From an uncultured Gammaproteobacteria bacterium (GTDB taxonomy: Bacteria > Patescibacteriota > Patescibacteriia > JAHIZJ01): a DNA stretch of 64,000 bases. The position numbers were made by a program, and so were the translations under genes. A model generated the notes under the pieces. It made no database searches, was not told where the DNA came from, and saw only the letters and a list, made by a program, of their open reading frames with translations. Positions 9,754 through 20,129 of the stretch are shown here, one piece after another (the first letter of the stretch is position 1; every line of letters begins with the position of its first letter). The DNA lies in the NCBI GenBank assembly GCA_964371245.1, contig CAYJKP010000002.1, positions 178,306-242,305 of the forward strand. Direction: 5' to 3'.

Positions 9754-11340
9754 ATGGAAAACGAGACACCCCAACAACCGATCGCGAAGCTCGTTCACGC
9801 CTATCAACAGCCAAATCTCGACTTTGCCGCCTTCCCGTCCGAGCCCCGTATCCAGGTCAGTCAGATGGCCAGTCGGATGGCTTTTATTTATGAACGGATC
9901 CGCAACGCGCTTGAATATCAAGAGCTTCATCTGATCCGAAAGAACGCTATTGAACGAACAATGAAACGGCGGCTGATGTCGCGGGTCAAGCCGTCAGAGC
10001 TGGGCCAGGATTTAATATATGAACTTATCCGTGGCCGCTACCTGCCTGACAAACAAGTCCCGGAGCATAAAATCGCCGACGTCACAAATATTCTCAATAA
10101 ATACTTCTACCTTTTTAATCGGATCGGCTTTTATCAAAAAGGCGGGGAAAAACGAAAAACGTACAAATGGCTCATCGGCATCGCAGCCGTCGAGATTGAC
10201 CAAGCACTGATTTCTCCAAACAAGACGCAGGCATTGGCTGAGTTCATGTACTCAACCATCCAAAAGAATATCCAACTCGACCAGAAAATACCGGATTTGG
10301 AAAAGAACATCCAAATTTATCTCGCGGTTCAGCGAGCGCTCCTTCGTTCGGATCAGTCGATCCTCCGCTATCAACTCTTCCTCTATTACAATCAGGGCTG
10401 GTATCAAGCCGACCGAGCCTTCGTTGAAAAACTTGCTCAAAATCTACGCTCCATAAAAGGCGAGATTGAACGTCAGATCAGCCACCCGATCGGCGACAAC
10501 CTCTTTCGCTATCTCAAGAAATACTGCATCTACTTCCACGTCATGAAAGACGTGGTGGAAGAAGATCCGGCCACGGCCTTGCAGCGTTTCTCGGATTTCT
10601 CAAACCTCGAGGTCAGCTTAAAAAAGGCCTGCGCGGAACGGTATAACCAGGCACGCCGGAAGCTTCGGACGGGAGCGGTTCGGGCAATCATCTACATTTT
10701 CATCACCAAAATGATGTTAGCGCTGATCATGGAAGTGCCGTACGACCTCTATCTGAAAGGGGAAACGAATTTGTACCATCTTGGCCTGAATGTCATTTTC
10801 CACCCTCTGTTGTTGTTCCTCGTCGCCCTGACCGTCCGGATCCCAGCCGAGGAAAACACCGCGCAGATCATTGTCGGCGTAAAAAGCATCCTGGCGCGCG
10901 GCGACGCTGGCGAAATACTGATCCAACGAATATTCCGACGACGGAAGATCTTAACATCGGCCTTCAACTTCCTCTACGTCATTCTATTTGTCATTACCTT
11001 TGGAGCGATCATCTTTGTATTAAATCGATTTAATTTCAATGAGCTCAGTATCGCTCTGTTCCTGCTGTTTTTAACGCTGGTCAGTTTCTTTGGCATCAAG
11101 ATGCGCGAAGAGGCGAAAGAGTATATCGTGGTTGGCCGCCGGGAAAGCACGCTCGGATTCGTGATTGACCTCTTTTCAATGCCGATTGTCCGGGCGGGAC
11201 GCTGGATTAGCTTAAAATCGCCGAAAATCAACGTCCTGCTTTTTGTCTTCGATTTCATTATCGAGGCGCCCTACAAGACATTCGTTAATATTTTTGACGA
11301 ATTGACAAAGTTTATTCGCGAGAAAAAAGAAGAGTTATAA
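9754..11340 (+). CDS. hypothetical integral membrane protein (soluble N-terminal ~300 aa, then 5 or more TM helices)
   Basis: Long ORF with a clear hydrophobic helix cluster in the C-terminal half. No family recognised. Confidence 0.5.
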   Translation: MENETPQQPIAKLVHAYQQPNLDFAAFPSEPRIQVSQMASRMAFIYERIRNALEYQELHLIRKNAIERTMKRRLMSRVKPSELGQDLIYELIRGRYLPDKQVPEHKIADVTNILNKYFYLFNRIGFYQKGGEKRKTYKWLIGIAAVEIDQALISPNKTQALAEFMYSTIQKNIQLDQKIPDLEKNIQIYLAVQRALLRSDQSILRYQLFLYYNQGWYQADRAFVEKLAQNLRSIKGEIERQISHPIGDNLFRYLKKYCIYFHVMKDVVEEDPATALQRFSDFSNLEVSLKKACAERYNQARRKLRTGAVRAIIYIFITKMMLALIMEVPYDLYLKGETNLYHLGLNVIFHPLLLFLVALTVRIPAEENTAQIIVGVKSILARGDAGEILIQRIFRRRKILTSAFNFLYVILFVITFGAIIFVLNRFNFNELSIALFLLFLTLVSFFGIKMREEAKEYIVVGRRESTLGFVIDLFSMPIVRAGRWISLKSPKINVLLFVFDFIIEAPYKTFVNIFDELTKFIREKKEEL

Positions 11341-11427
11341 TATTCGGTAATTCATAAAAAGAAAAGAGGCGGTCCAACCCGGTTGAGTGGAAACGCCTCG
11401 TTTGTGATTCACTAGGAATCACGTGTG

Positions 11428-14400
11428 CTAGATCTTTCTCGTCCTCGGCAGCGAGTGAATGCCGCCCCTACCCTGCCGTTCATGGAGATCCCAGGCATAG
11501 CTGGCTAGCTGCGCCGGATCGATCGGGTCGCCATCAACGTACAAGAACAGGATATTGGCACCATCAACGTGGTGCAGCTGCGCTTGGGCGTACTTGGATG
11601 GCATGCAGCCCTGGGGACAGACGGCCACACCGCCATGGCGCAGGTCCACGATAGTCAGCGCCGCCTCGCCTTCAGGCGCGCCTTCGAAGTACGGTTTGAC
11701 CGCTGCCATAACAGGCTCGATTCTCGTGTGCGTGTTCCGGCCGATCGCGTGAGCGACGACGCGATCCAGGCGCCAGAATACCCACCACTGCAGGAGGGCC
11801 TTCAGGCTGACCGCCACGCGATTGAACTGATCGCGCTTGTGGCCGTGCCCTTGGGTCCAGGTGAGATACTGGATCCATTCGTGAATCGTTGAGCGCCGAA
11901 CCCTGACATTGTGGTCAGCCAGTATTCTGACCACATTGCCATTGGCATGGGGGTCTCTGACCACGTAGATCTCGCCCGAGAGGTGTCCCTGGACTACATT
12001 GGCCTCTCGCTCAGGATCAATCCAGATCGACTGAAACTCACGGACGACTCGGTCCAAGAAACCGGGTAGCCCCCAGTCGCACAGCCAATCTCGGATCTGA
12101 CCCGGCAAGCGCTGGGCTACCGGACGAACCTTCAACTGCTCTACCGCCCGCGCCATCGCCCACTGATACACTCGATCGACGTCAGCCGGGTTCCGGGCTA
12201 TCGGCAGATAGTAGCACCAGAGCTCGTCCAGCAGATCAGCCAGCATGACTGCGGCGCAGGCCTTAAGTCGCAGGTGTTTTCCCACGCCGTCATAGGCATT
12301 GTCCGATGAAGTAGCAAACAGGTGAACTGCTTGCGCTGGATCCAGCTGGGTCAGAATGATCCCGTGCTGCGTCCGGTACGAACCGAAGCGGCAGGGACCA
12401 GTCGTGGCCGGCATGAACCAGTAGAAGTGTTTGATCTCGGGATATTGCGGCAGAACCTCCCGGACCATGTGCTCGAGAACGCCGGTTACGTACATGTACG
12501 GGACGCATTCTTTTCCGGTCGCGTACCGGCCGCGTCCCAGACGAAGTATCTGGTCATTGGTCGGCGGGGCCGCGATTACCCTGATGCCGATTGACGAATA
12601 GACCGCGGTCAGCAAAGGCTCGAGGTTACCGAACTGACAGAGAACCAGCGCTGACTCAGGGTCATCCGGATTAAACGGCTTGCCCGTATCGTGTTCCTGA
12701 AGCAAGGTGAGATCGGAAACCAGCCCGCGCTTATCTCCGTCCCGATAGTGCCGACGCATGGCGTAGACACTCGACTGAATCCGCGTCGTGAAGCCGCCCA
12801 TGCCCGTATGCCCATCGGTTTCGATGATGCAGTAGGGCACGTCGGCAATGTACCGCAGCCAGTGCTCCAGAAAAGCGTCCGGACCGCAGGAATAGCACGT
12901 GATCATCAGGGGATAAACGCCGGGCCGACGGTGCAGGTCAACCACCGCCCTGAGAATCCTCTGCCCCTCGCCCCAGTACACCAGGTCGAGAAAAGGCGTG
13001 GTCGGATCCACCGGGTAGCAGTCAACCGGAATGGCCACGACGCCGCTGCCCTGAATGATCTCTGGAATCTGTCCGTTGATCGCCGGAGACAGCGTGACAT
13101 AGAGCCGACCCAGCACCACGACGGCTGGCACCCGGTGTACCTCGGCATAATCCAGTGCGCGCTGGCCGATCGCCAGACAACGCTCCTGAAAATCCCGCTG
13201 CACACCAACGGCCAGGTCGAACGCCCGAAGGCTCTCGGCCTTGGTACGGCCCAGCTCTCGTCCCATCGAGACGAAAACCTCTCGCACTTCTTCGCTCGCC
13301 TGCCAATTCAGCCCGAACTTGATTACCGGCCTCAGGATTTTCATCCCGGGATCCGATGAATCATTCGGATTTACTCCGTTGATGGCGGCAGCCACCAGCT
13401 CGGGCGTTCCCTGAACCAGCGGGCACGTACTACCGACGTCGCAGCCGCTCTCCCGAGGCAGCAAAACCACCTTGGGAAAGCAGATCAGATCAACGCCAAG
13501 CTCAACCGCCTGGTCAGCCAAGCCATGGGCAACCTTGACCGGCGCGCACATGTCTTTGCCCAAACTGATCTCCTCACCCCGCTTGAGGGTTTCGGTGGTC
13601 GGTTCAAGCACTTTGACATTCACGCCGAGGTTGGCCCAGAACGAGGTGAGCAGGGGCATGAACCGGACGTTGGCCAGCGTCAGGGGAACCGCCACTGTTG
13701 GCTGCCCCTCCCGATCCACCGGCAAGGCCCGGGTCAGTGCCTCGTGAAGTTTGCGCCGTTCGTCAAACGGCTTCGGTGCGTCGGTCGGCAGTCTGTTTCT
13801 GGCGTTCCCTTCGTGCAGCGGACACATGCCGCCCGACTTAACCGTAACCGTGCGATCGCCGATTGACACCTTTGTCCGGTCAATCCGGCACTTGGCGCCG
13901 CAGTCGCGATTGCCGCAAGCGAAGCTTGAGCGCTCGACGACCTTGGCCGCGAGGAACTGCTCGAGATCAAACGGCTGATTCAGGTCAATCTGTTCCTGAC
14001 GGCATTGCTCGAGCGTCAACAAGGCGATGCCAATAGCACCGGTAGCGCCCGGCCGAGGCGGTACGATTACCTTACGACCAGTTACTGCCGCGATCGCCAT
14101 AGGCAAAGCGATGTTGTTCACCGGCATGCCAAGCGCGAAGATGACCTCTTCCAGTCCCAGTTGTCCGACCAGCCGGTTTAACCAGTTGTGGGCAATGAAG
14201 TAGAAGCGGCCGGCAGCGATGTCTTGGACGGTAAAGCCCTCACCCAACGCCCGGTCGGCAATGTCTCCGGAGTAGACAACGCAGGTTTGGCCCATGTCGA
14301 TCGGCTCTCGCGATTCGAGCGCCCATCGGCCAAACTCCTGAATCGTCGCCTTCATCCGCCTCGCGTCATACTCAACTTCGAAACCTGTTCCCGCCGAGCA

Positions 14401-15774
14401 AGCCCGGTTCATGTCTGAAGCGACTGGCATTCCTTTCCGGATATTGACCACCTTGGCATCCTGGCCGCCCAACTCACAGATAGTTACGGATCGGCCATGC
14501 TCTGGATCGTAGTAGCACGCACCCGCGGCATGCGCGGTGATTTCTGTTTCAACCAGCATCTGATTCCGCAAACCGCCAAAGCAAGCCTCAGCCACGTCGT
14601 AGACCGCGCGCCGACCCGAACCGGTAAAACCGAGACTGACAATCTGAACTCGGTCTCCGACCGCGGCCAGCATTTGCCGAACGATCAGTTGCGCAGCGGC
14701 GACCGGATTGCTGTTGGTTGGAACATAGTCGTCCCAGACTCGGCGTCCGGTAGCTACGTCGACCAATGCCGCCTTGGTTCCAGTTGAGCCGGAATCAATG
14801 CCGAGCGCGGCTCGTCCGCTCCAATGTGCCAGATCAAAATCCGGCTCGGTCAGCTTCTGGACCAGATGAGCTGCTGTGGTGAGCGGCTTGAACGTACGGA
14901 TGCTCCGAGACTTCGGACGAACGACAGTTGCTGAATCAGCGGTGTAGCGAGATACCTGGCCAGCCATGACCAAATCAGCCGCGATCAATCCCGCACCCCA
15001 GGCTTCGAAATAGTCAGACTCGGGATGGATTTCAATCGTCGGCTGGCCGATCATCGACTGGAGAGAGTCCATAACCGGCTGATTCTTGGTCACGCCGCCG
15101 ATTACGATCACCCGCCCGTCAATCGAGTTCTTCCTAAACAGGGCGTAAACAGATGCGGCAATGCCTCGAAAATAGCTCTTCAGCAAGACCGCAATGTCTT
15201 CGCCCGCATTGGCTAGGTGAGTGATCTCAGACTGGGCGAACGCCGCACAGCGCGGAACTAACTCAACCACTCGGTCAGTTGCCTGCGCCGCAGTAATCGC
15301 CTCGGGTACGCTCATGTCGGCTCGGGCGCATTGCTTCTCAACCGCTTCACCCGTGCCAGCCGAACACTTTTCAGCCAGCGAATTAGAGTATTCACCACCT
15401 TGGTTGCGCGTGAGCACGCTGTAGCCCCCGGCGCTGATCCGGATCAGGTTGATCGGCTCGTGGCCGACACCCTCAACCGGCGGGAAGAAATGTTCGCAGG
15501 CGCGATTCAGAGCCGCATCTCTGGGAATGTCACTTTGAACTTGTCCCCCGAGAATGCTGCCCAAGCTGCCAGTGGCCACCACCTTGCGAATCCGTGAATG
15601 GTCGAGTCGGGCCCAGATCTGGCCGACCGCCCTTCCCGGATTGCGCTGATGGGGGCACAGCACTTCGTCAGCCTTCACCCAACTTCCATCAGATCGTTCC
15701 AGGACGATCGCCGCCACGGTAGTCCGCCCGACTTTCAGGCCGACCACCTGGTCTCTCTGAGCCATACTGATCAT
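11428..15774 (-). CDS. acyl-CoA dehydratase activase-related protein: two BadF/BadG/BcrA/BcrD (ASKHA) ATPase domains fused to a dehydratase-like DUF2229-type C-terminal region
   Basis: Two activase-type ATPase N-termini (LKVGRTTVAAIVLE and LGIDSGSTGTKAALVD), each with a GGV.KN...GA.G.AL tail. Cys-rich C-terminal half (CGNRDCGAKC...GGMCPLHEG). Start at internal ATG with SD AGAAGGAGG. 1449 aa. Confidence 0.7.
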   Translation of the reverse strand: MISMAQRDQVVGLKVGRTTVAAIVLERSDGSWVKADEVLCPHQRNPGRAVGQIWARLDHSRIRKVVATGSLGSILGGQVQSDIPRDAALNRACEHFFPPVEGVGHEPINLIRISAGGYSVLTRNQGGEYSNSLAEKCSAGTGEAVEKQCARADMSVPEAITAAQATDRVVELVPRCAAFAQSEITHLANAGEDIAVLLKSYFRGIAASVYALFRKNSIDGRVIVIGGVTKNQPVMDSLQSMIGQPTIEIHPESDYFEAWGAGLIAADLVMAGQVSRYTADSATVVRPKSRSIRTFKPLTTAAHLVQKLTEPDFDLAHWSGRAALGIDSGSTGTKAALVDVATGRRVWDDYVPTNSNPVAAAQLIVRQMLAAVGDRVQIVSLGFTGSGRRAVYDVAEACFGGLRNQMLVETEITAHAAGACYYDPEHGRSVTICELGGQDAKVVNIRKGMPVASDMNRACSAGTGFEVEYDARRMKATIQEFGRWALESREPIDMGQTCVVYSGDIADRALGEGFTVQDIAAGRFYFIAHNWLNRLVGQLGLEEVIFALGMPVNNIALPMAIAAVTGRKVIVPPRPGATGAIGIALLTLEQCRQEQIDLNQPFDLEQFLAAKVVERSSFACGNRDCGAKCRIDRTKVSIGDRTVTVKSGGMCPLHEGNARNRLPTDAPKPFDERRKLHEALTRALPVDREGQPTVAVPLTLANVRFMPLLTSFWANLGVNVKVLEPTTETLKRGEEISLGKDMCAPVKVAHGLADQAVELGVDLICFPKVVLLPRESGCDVGSTCPLVQGTPELVAAAINGVNPNDSSDPGMKILRPVIKFGLNWQASEEVREVFVSMGRELGRTKAESLRAFDLAVGVQRDFQERCLAIGQRALDYAEVHRVPAVVVLGRLYVTLSPAINGQIPEIIQGSGVVAIPVDCYPVDPTTPFLDLVYWGEGQRILRAVVDLHRRPGVYPLMITCYSCGPDAFLEHWLRYIADVPYCIIETDGHTGMGGFTTRIQSSVYAMRRHYRDGDKRGLVSDLTLLQEHDTGKPFNPDDPESALVLCQFGNLEPLLTAVYSSIGIRVIAAPPTNDQILRLGRGRYATGKECVPYMYVTGVLEHMVREVLPQYPEIKHFYWFMPATTGPCRFGSYRTQHGIILTQLDPAQAVHLFATSSDNAYDGVGKHLRLKACAAVMLADLLDELWCYYLPIARNPADVDRVYQWAMARAVEQLKVRPVAQRLPGQIRDWLCDWGLPGFLDRVVREFQSIWIDPEREANVVQGHLSGEIYVVRDPHANGNVVRILADHNVRVRRSTIHEWIQYLTWTQGHGHKRDQFNRVAVSLKALLQWWVFWRLDRVVAHAIGRNTHTRIEPVMAAVKPYFEGAPEGEAALTIVDLRHGGVAVCPQGCMPSKYAQAQLHHVDGANILFLYVDGDPIDPAQLASYAWDLHERQGRGGIHSLPRTRKI

Positions 15775-15981
15775 TCGACTGCCTCCTTCTATTCGTGTCC
15801 ACTGATTGCCATACCTACGTAAAAACACGGGTTTTCAAAGACCGTGTTTATCTTTATTTTCAAGCCAATTTGGCTATATACCTTGTACCAGTTTCAGGCC
15901 GGCTTGTCAAAAAGAAAAAACGGCTCAAACCAGGGGGTTTGAGCCAAACTGACTGTGGTGCCACCGAGTGCACCGAAAGGG

Positions 15982-17109
15982 CTAGACTTCCTTGAACATG
16001 TACTTCCCGAAGGCCCGGTCGATCCGCTGCCGCCAGTCGTCGGGGCAGAAGAACTGGGTGACTGCCGCCGCGCTTGAAAGCAGCGAGTTCCCGTCCTGAG
16101 GGGTGAAGGCGAAACCCACGATCTCGTTACCATTGACCTCGAGCGTGTTGACCGGAATCACGGTTTGATCGAGGAACCGACCGTAGAACCCGTCGTCACG
16201 CGCCTCGGAAAACACCTGACCGGTGTTGTCCCACCAGGTCGTCGCCATGAGCGGCTGTTCCCGGATCGCCGCGATGAGCAGCTCGAGCGTCGGCGGATCA
16301 GCTACCTCGAGATTGAAGTGGCAGACATGCATGTACTGAGAGGGGATCTGAAGGGCAGACGAGAACAGGTTGAGATCCAGTCCGCACAGTTGGAGCAGCC
16401 GCCAGGCGTCGTAGGCGTGGTGCGTCCCGAACCGCCGGATCACGACATCTCCGTCCTTCAAAACCTCCTTGTGCTTGTCCACCTTCGGCGCCGAGATCAT
16501 TTCCGCCTGGCTGATGTCAGTCGCCCGCCGGATCATGACGAACCGACCCTTGATGAGCACCAGCCCCATCTTGCGGAGAAGGTTCAGCAGCGCCAGAATG
16601 TTGTGGGTGTTGCACGAAACCACCTGGCGCCACTTACTGTCCGCGACCTCGTCGTTGTTGACGTCGAGAGCGAACGGGACACCGAAACCATCCTCAGATC
16701 CCTGGGCAATGAACCCGCGCGTGGTCGCCTCGTGCTGAGGATACCACGGCTCCACCTTCACCGACTTCTTCTCGCCGGTCTTCTTGTCCTTGACCAGCAT
16801 CTCGCCGGTCTTGTGGCCGAGTCCGGCCGGAGTGCAGTCGATCACCACGTCCGCCCAGGCGAGCGCCTCCTCCCGGCTCATCTGCGGCTCCAGGCCGAGC
16901 TTGGCGAACTCGCCGAATTGATCCTGGTCAGTGACGAAGATCGCATCGCGCTGGATCAGACGTCGAACCGATGCCCTAGTCTTCAGTTCCGGCGTCCGCT
17001 TGTGGAACGCCACTTCGCGGATGCCGAGTTCCTCCCTCCTCTTCGTAAGCAGCCCGATCAACGGCTTGCCAATGGTCCCCGTGCCGACAACTAAGACCTT
17101 CCCCATCAT
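15982..17109 (-). CDS. archaeal-type (type II) glyceraldehyde-3-phosphate dehydrogenase family oxidoreductase
   Basis: GTGTIGK dinucleotide-binding start, DVVIDCTPAGLG and catalytic VVSCNTH motifs align with type II GAPDH. Contains a ~50-aa insertion. SD GAGGAGG before ATGATG. Confidence 0.55.
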   Translation of the reverse strand: MMGKVLVVGTGTIGKPLIGLLTKRREELGIREVAFHKRTPELKTRASVRRLIQRDAIFVTDQDQFGEFAKLGLEPQMSREEALAWADVVIDCTPAGLGHKTGEMLVKDKKTGEKKSVKVEPWYPQHEATTRGFIAQGSEDGFGVPFALDVNNDEVADSKWRQVVSCNTHNILALLNLLRKMGLVLIKGRFVMIRRATDISQAEMISAPKVDKHKEVLKDGDVVIRRFGTHHAYDAWRLLQLCGLDLNLFSSALQIPSQYMHVCHFNLEVADPPTLELLIAAIREQPLMATTWWDNTGQVFSEARDDGFYGRFLDQTVIPVNTLEVNGNEIVGFAFTPQDGNSLLSSAAAVTQFFCPDDWRQRIDRAFGKYMFKEV

Positions 17110-17245
17110 TGACCTCCTCGATGGCCGCATTCACCCGGGTAATCGCATCGAACACAACTCGTTCCTCGGAACGAAAGAAGGCCTGAGTTACCCTCCCCTG
17201 CCTTCTTACCAATCAAATAGTATTACGTATGATGAGGTATGACAA

Positions 17246-17704
17246 GTGCGTTTTTCCACAGTATTGCTTTTAAAAATACCTAGCTATGATAGAATGTTGT
17301 TACATTTACGTTTTTCTGGTGTTCTGTCAGCAAAGGTTGGCAAAAATATTAGTGGTTTTTTTCTTTTTCCCCTCATGATTTTCATTGGTCAATTCTTTGA
17401 GATATTAGCCATCGATCGGCAAAAAACAGCCGCCGGATTTCAACTGCCCTCGTTCCAACTACCGGAGATAGATTATTCCGGTCTGGCCATGAACGGTGCG
17501 ATGTGGCTGGCGATCTTTTTGGCGTTTTTTATGTTAAGCCGGATGATCTTCCATATCTATAAGCTCGCCGTTGCCGATGCTGACGACGAAAACCGGGAAA
17601 TGGCAAAGGATAATATTAAGAAAAATATTGGGTTTTTCCTTCTGGCTTCGCTTTCGTGGATGGCCTTGTCTTTTTTTCGACACGGAATTTCGCAATATTT
17701 TTAG
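17246..17704 (+). CDS. hypothetical small membrane protein (start uncertain)
   Basis: AT-rich ORF with 3 predicted TM helices. No clear SD. Confidence 0.3.
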   Translation: MRFSTVLLLKIPSYDRMLLHLRFSGVLSAKVGKNISGFFLFPLMIFIGQFFEILAIDRQKTAAGFQLPSFQLPEIDYSGLAMNGAMWLAIFLAFFMLSRMIFHIYKLAVADADDENREMAKDNIKKNIGFFLLASLSWMALSFFRHGISQYF

Positions 17705-17831
17705 GAATTCAAATTTCTCAACATTTTCTTAATAACGGACGCTATTAAGAAATTTATATTAGGTTACCTTTGTCGTACCATTATTATTTTTGCGTCAAAC
17801 AGTCATTTTTTCGAACCGGGACACCAATTAT

Positions 17832-17860
17832 TTGTCAATTATTGGAAAATATATTATAAT
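17832..17860 (+). promoter_or_regulatory. sigma70-like promoter (TTGTCA-17-TATAAT) for the hsp20 gene
   Basis: Perfect -10 and near-consensus -35, ~45 nt upstream of the start. Confidence 0.55.
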
Positions 17861-17903
17861 GTACTAGTAGACGGCAGTATTTTATCCATATTTAGCCACA
17901 ATA

Positions 17904-18368
17904 ATGCCAGACGAAAAATTTGTTACTCAATTAAAAGACTTAGACACGACAAAACAAAACACTGAACCCGATGAGAGTGTGAAATTATTCACATCAAATG
18001 ACAATGAGGGTGACATTTACTTAGAAGAAGATTACTCCGGCCAACTCGCCGTTGATGTTTATCAAACACCCAAGGACATTGTTATTAAATCGACCATCGC
18101 CGGCGTACAGCCCGAAGATCTCGACATCACCATCAACAACGACATGGTGACCATCAAGGGCATCCGTCGGAAAGAAGAGGTGGTGGCTGATGAAGATTAC
18201 ATTTATAACGAATGCCACTGGGGCGGTTTTTCCCGCTCGATTATTTTACCAGTCAATATTAAAGAAGATCGCGTCAAGGCGAATTTGAAAAATGGCATCT
18301 TGACCATTGTCCTCCCAAAAGCCGGAAAATCAAAAGTCCGCGTTGTTGAAGTTCATGAAGAAACTTAA
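17904..18368 (+). CDS. Hsp20/alpha-crystallin family small heat-shock protein
   Basis: Alpha-crystallin domain signature with the C-terminal GILTIVLPK motif. 154 aa. Confidence 0.85.
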   Translation: MPDEKFVTQLKDLDTTKQNTEPDESVKLFTSNDNEGDIYLEEDYSGQLAVDVYQTPKDIVIKSTIAGVQPEDLDITINNDMVTIKGIRRKEEVVADEDYIYNECHWGGFSRSIILPVNIKEDRVKANLKNGILTIVLPKAGKSKVRVVEVHEET

Positions 18369-18384
18369 TTTTAAATGTTTCACT

Positions 18385-19611
18385 ATGCAAAGGCATCTTT
18401 TCGTTCTTGCCTTTCTCAGCCTAGCCACGGCTGGCGTTATCACGGCACTGTCAGTCCACGCTGACTCGCTAAGCAGTGATGCTGTGGCGGGGTTAACAAA
18501 TAAAGATTTTCGTACTGCCCGAACCGAGGTTCAAAACAGCAAGCAATTTTTCCGCGACGCGAAAATTAATTGGGAAAAGGCGCGCGACGCCTATCAAGAA
18601 GACCCCAGCGCGAGCAACCTGGAGTCGGCCAAAAAATACGCCGTTCAGCTTATCAAACAGGCGATTGATGTTTATGATAAGCACTACATCCTCCTGGCCG
18701 CTCGGCTGAAGAATTCGACAGGCTTCGTCGAGGCCGAGCAGACGGCCATGCTCAATGATTTGACCGCTGAGCAGGCCTGGCTTCAAACTCAGCGCGTGGC
18801 GATTTCTGAGACCAATGATCCGGCCATCATCACTGATATCGCTAACCGGCTCAATACCTACCGGGTAGATAAAAGTGTTTTTGTAAAAAAGGTGGTTGGC
18901 GCCATTGCCAGCAGCCGGATCCAAACAACCTTGGCTCAAATGAACGATGCCACCGCTCGCGTCGATGATGATGTGGCGGTGTTAATCGCTCTTCAAAAAG
19001 ATACTGGATCGTTAACAAGCCCACGCGCGGATTTTGCCTTGAAGCTGGCAGCGGCAAAAGAAAAATACCAGCTTGGCCGCGATGGTTTCGCGAGTTTGGT
19101 GAATGCCGCGACGGTGGAACAAGATTTTGAATCAGCGCTGGCCAAGCTCCGCGAAGCCGGCGAAAAACTTACCGACGCCAAAACATCGTTGGACCAGATT
19201 ATCGCCGAACTGAAAAAAGTGAAAGCCTCGCGGGTCGGTGGCAACGGCGCGCTCTCTGCCCAGGGCGAGGGTAAATATGTTATATCTGCCAAAGAAGGGA
19301 CCGTCGCTATCGCCGCCGGTGAATCCGCCTCCTTAACCATATATGATCATGCCGGAGATGTGACGGTTGAGACCCAGGGAACAACCACCAAGGACATAGC
19401 TGGGCGCGGTACTGTATATACCGGCTTCACACAAGCCACCATTACCGGTGCCGATTTTCTGCTCGTCTACCTCGGCTCGACGACCGAACTGACCGCCAAG
19501 GGCACGGGCCGGGCGTATCTGAAAGGAACAGGCACGTTTCAAGCCGTACCGGACGGCGTGGCCGAAAGTTTCGCGGATGAAAACGGCGTCATTTTTAACC
19601 TTACTCAGTAA
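18385..19611 (+). CDS. hypothetical secreted protein (signal peptide, long coiled-coil/helical region, beta-rich C-terminus)
   Basis: Start moved to an internal ATG beyond the hsp20 stop. Signal peptide MQRHLFVLAFLSLATAGVITALSVHA. Confidence 0.5.
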   Translation: MQRHLFVLAFLSLATAGVITALSVHADSLSSDAVAGLTNKDFRTARTEVQNSKQFFRDAKINWEKARDAYQEDPSASNLESAKKYAVQLIKQAIDVYDKHYILLAARLKNSTGFVEAEQTAMLNDLTAEQAWLQTQRVAISETNDPAIITDIANRLNTYRVDKSVFVKKVVGAIASSRIQTTLAQMNDATARVDDDVAVLIALQKDTGSLTSPRADFALKLAAAKEKYQLGRDGFASLVNAATVEQDFESALAKLREAGEKLTDAKTSLDQIIAELKKVKASRVGGNGALSAQGEGKYVISAKEGTVAIAAGESASLTIYDHAGDVTVETQGTTTKDIAGRGTVYTGFTQATITGADFLLVYLGSTTELTAKGTGRAYLKGTGTFQAVPDGVAESFADENGVIFNLTQ

Positions 19612-19623
19612 CCGTTAAACTAT

Positions 19624-19893
19624 ATGAGAAAAAAAACGCGCGTTAGTCTCATCCTCGTACTCATCGTCGTTATTGTTGCGGCTGGAGTCTGGTACTTTTT
19701 CTTCCGGTCGTCATCAAAAAAGGAAGCCTCAAACAATAATACGAACCAGGTCGAGGATCTCGGATATGACAGCGTGCTTGATACGAGCGATCTGAGTAAA
19801 ATTGATCCGGCCAGCGCGGTGGATGGGCTTGATTCGGACGTTGAAGATTACGCCCAGCCGGATGTTAGCCTCGAAATTGATCTGAAAAAATGA
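19624..19893 (+). CDS. small membrane-anchored acidic protein
   Basis: N-terminal TM (VSLILVLIVVIVAAGVWYFFF) followed by an Asp/Ser-rich tail. Its stop overlaps the next start. Confidence 0.45.
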   Translation: MRKKTRVSLILVLIVVIVAAGVWYFFFRSSSKKEASNNNTNQVEDLGYDSVLDTSDLSKIDPASAVDGLDSDVEDYAQPDVSLEIDLKK

Positions 19894-20129
19894 CAGCCCC
19901 AGACGCCCGCGAGGCAATCGTAACGTCAGTTGAAGAGACAGCGGTTGTTCTCGATCTTGACGGCCAGAAAATTACGTGGCCGAAAAAACTCGCTCCAAAA
20001 AACGTGGCGGTCGGCGATCGGCTCATGCTCGCGCTTATGGATGTGGCCGCCTATCAAGCCAAGCGCGAAGAACTAGCCAAAGCAATTTTAAACGACATCC
20101 TTCAGGATAACGGAAACAAAGAGGCATGA
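19890..20129 (+). CDS. DUF3006-like small protein
   Basis: 79 aa. The pattern A.V..vE...AVl.ldg..i..p..l.P..v..GD.l fits DUF3006. Translationally coupled to neighbours. Confidence 0.45.
   Translation: MTAPDAREAIVTSVEETAVVLDLDGQKITWPKKLAPKNVAVGDRLMLALMDVAAYQAKREELAKAILNDILQDNGNKEA

Noticed and set aside
12691-13359. 222-aa plus-strand ORF and several 60-115-aa ORFs inside the activase gene
   Set aside because: All nested in the 1449-aa minus-strand gene, whose ATPase domains are recognisable. Classic high-GC shadow ORFs.
16165-17094. 309-aa plus-strand ORF antisense to the GAPDH-like gene
   Set aside because: Arg/His/Pro-rich shadow frame. The minus-strand gene has GAPDH catalytic motifs and SD.
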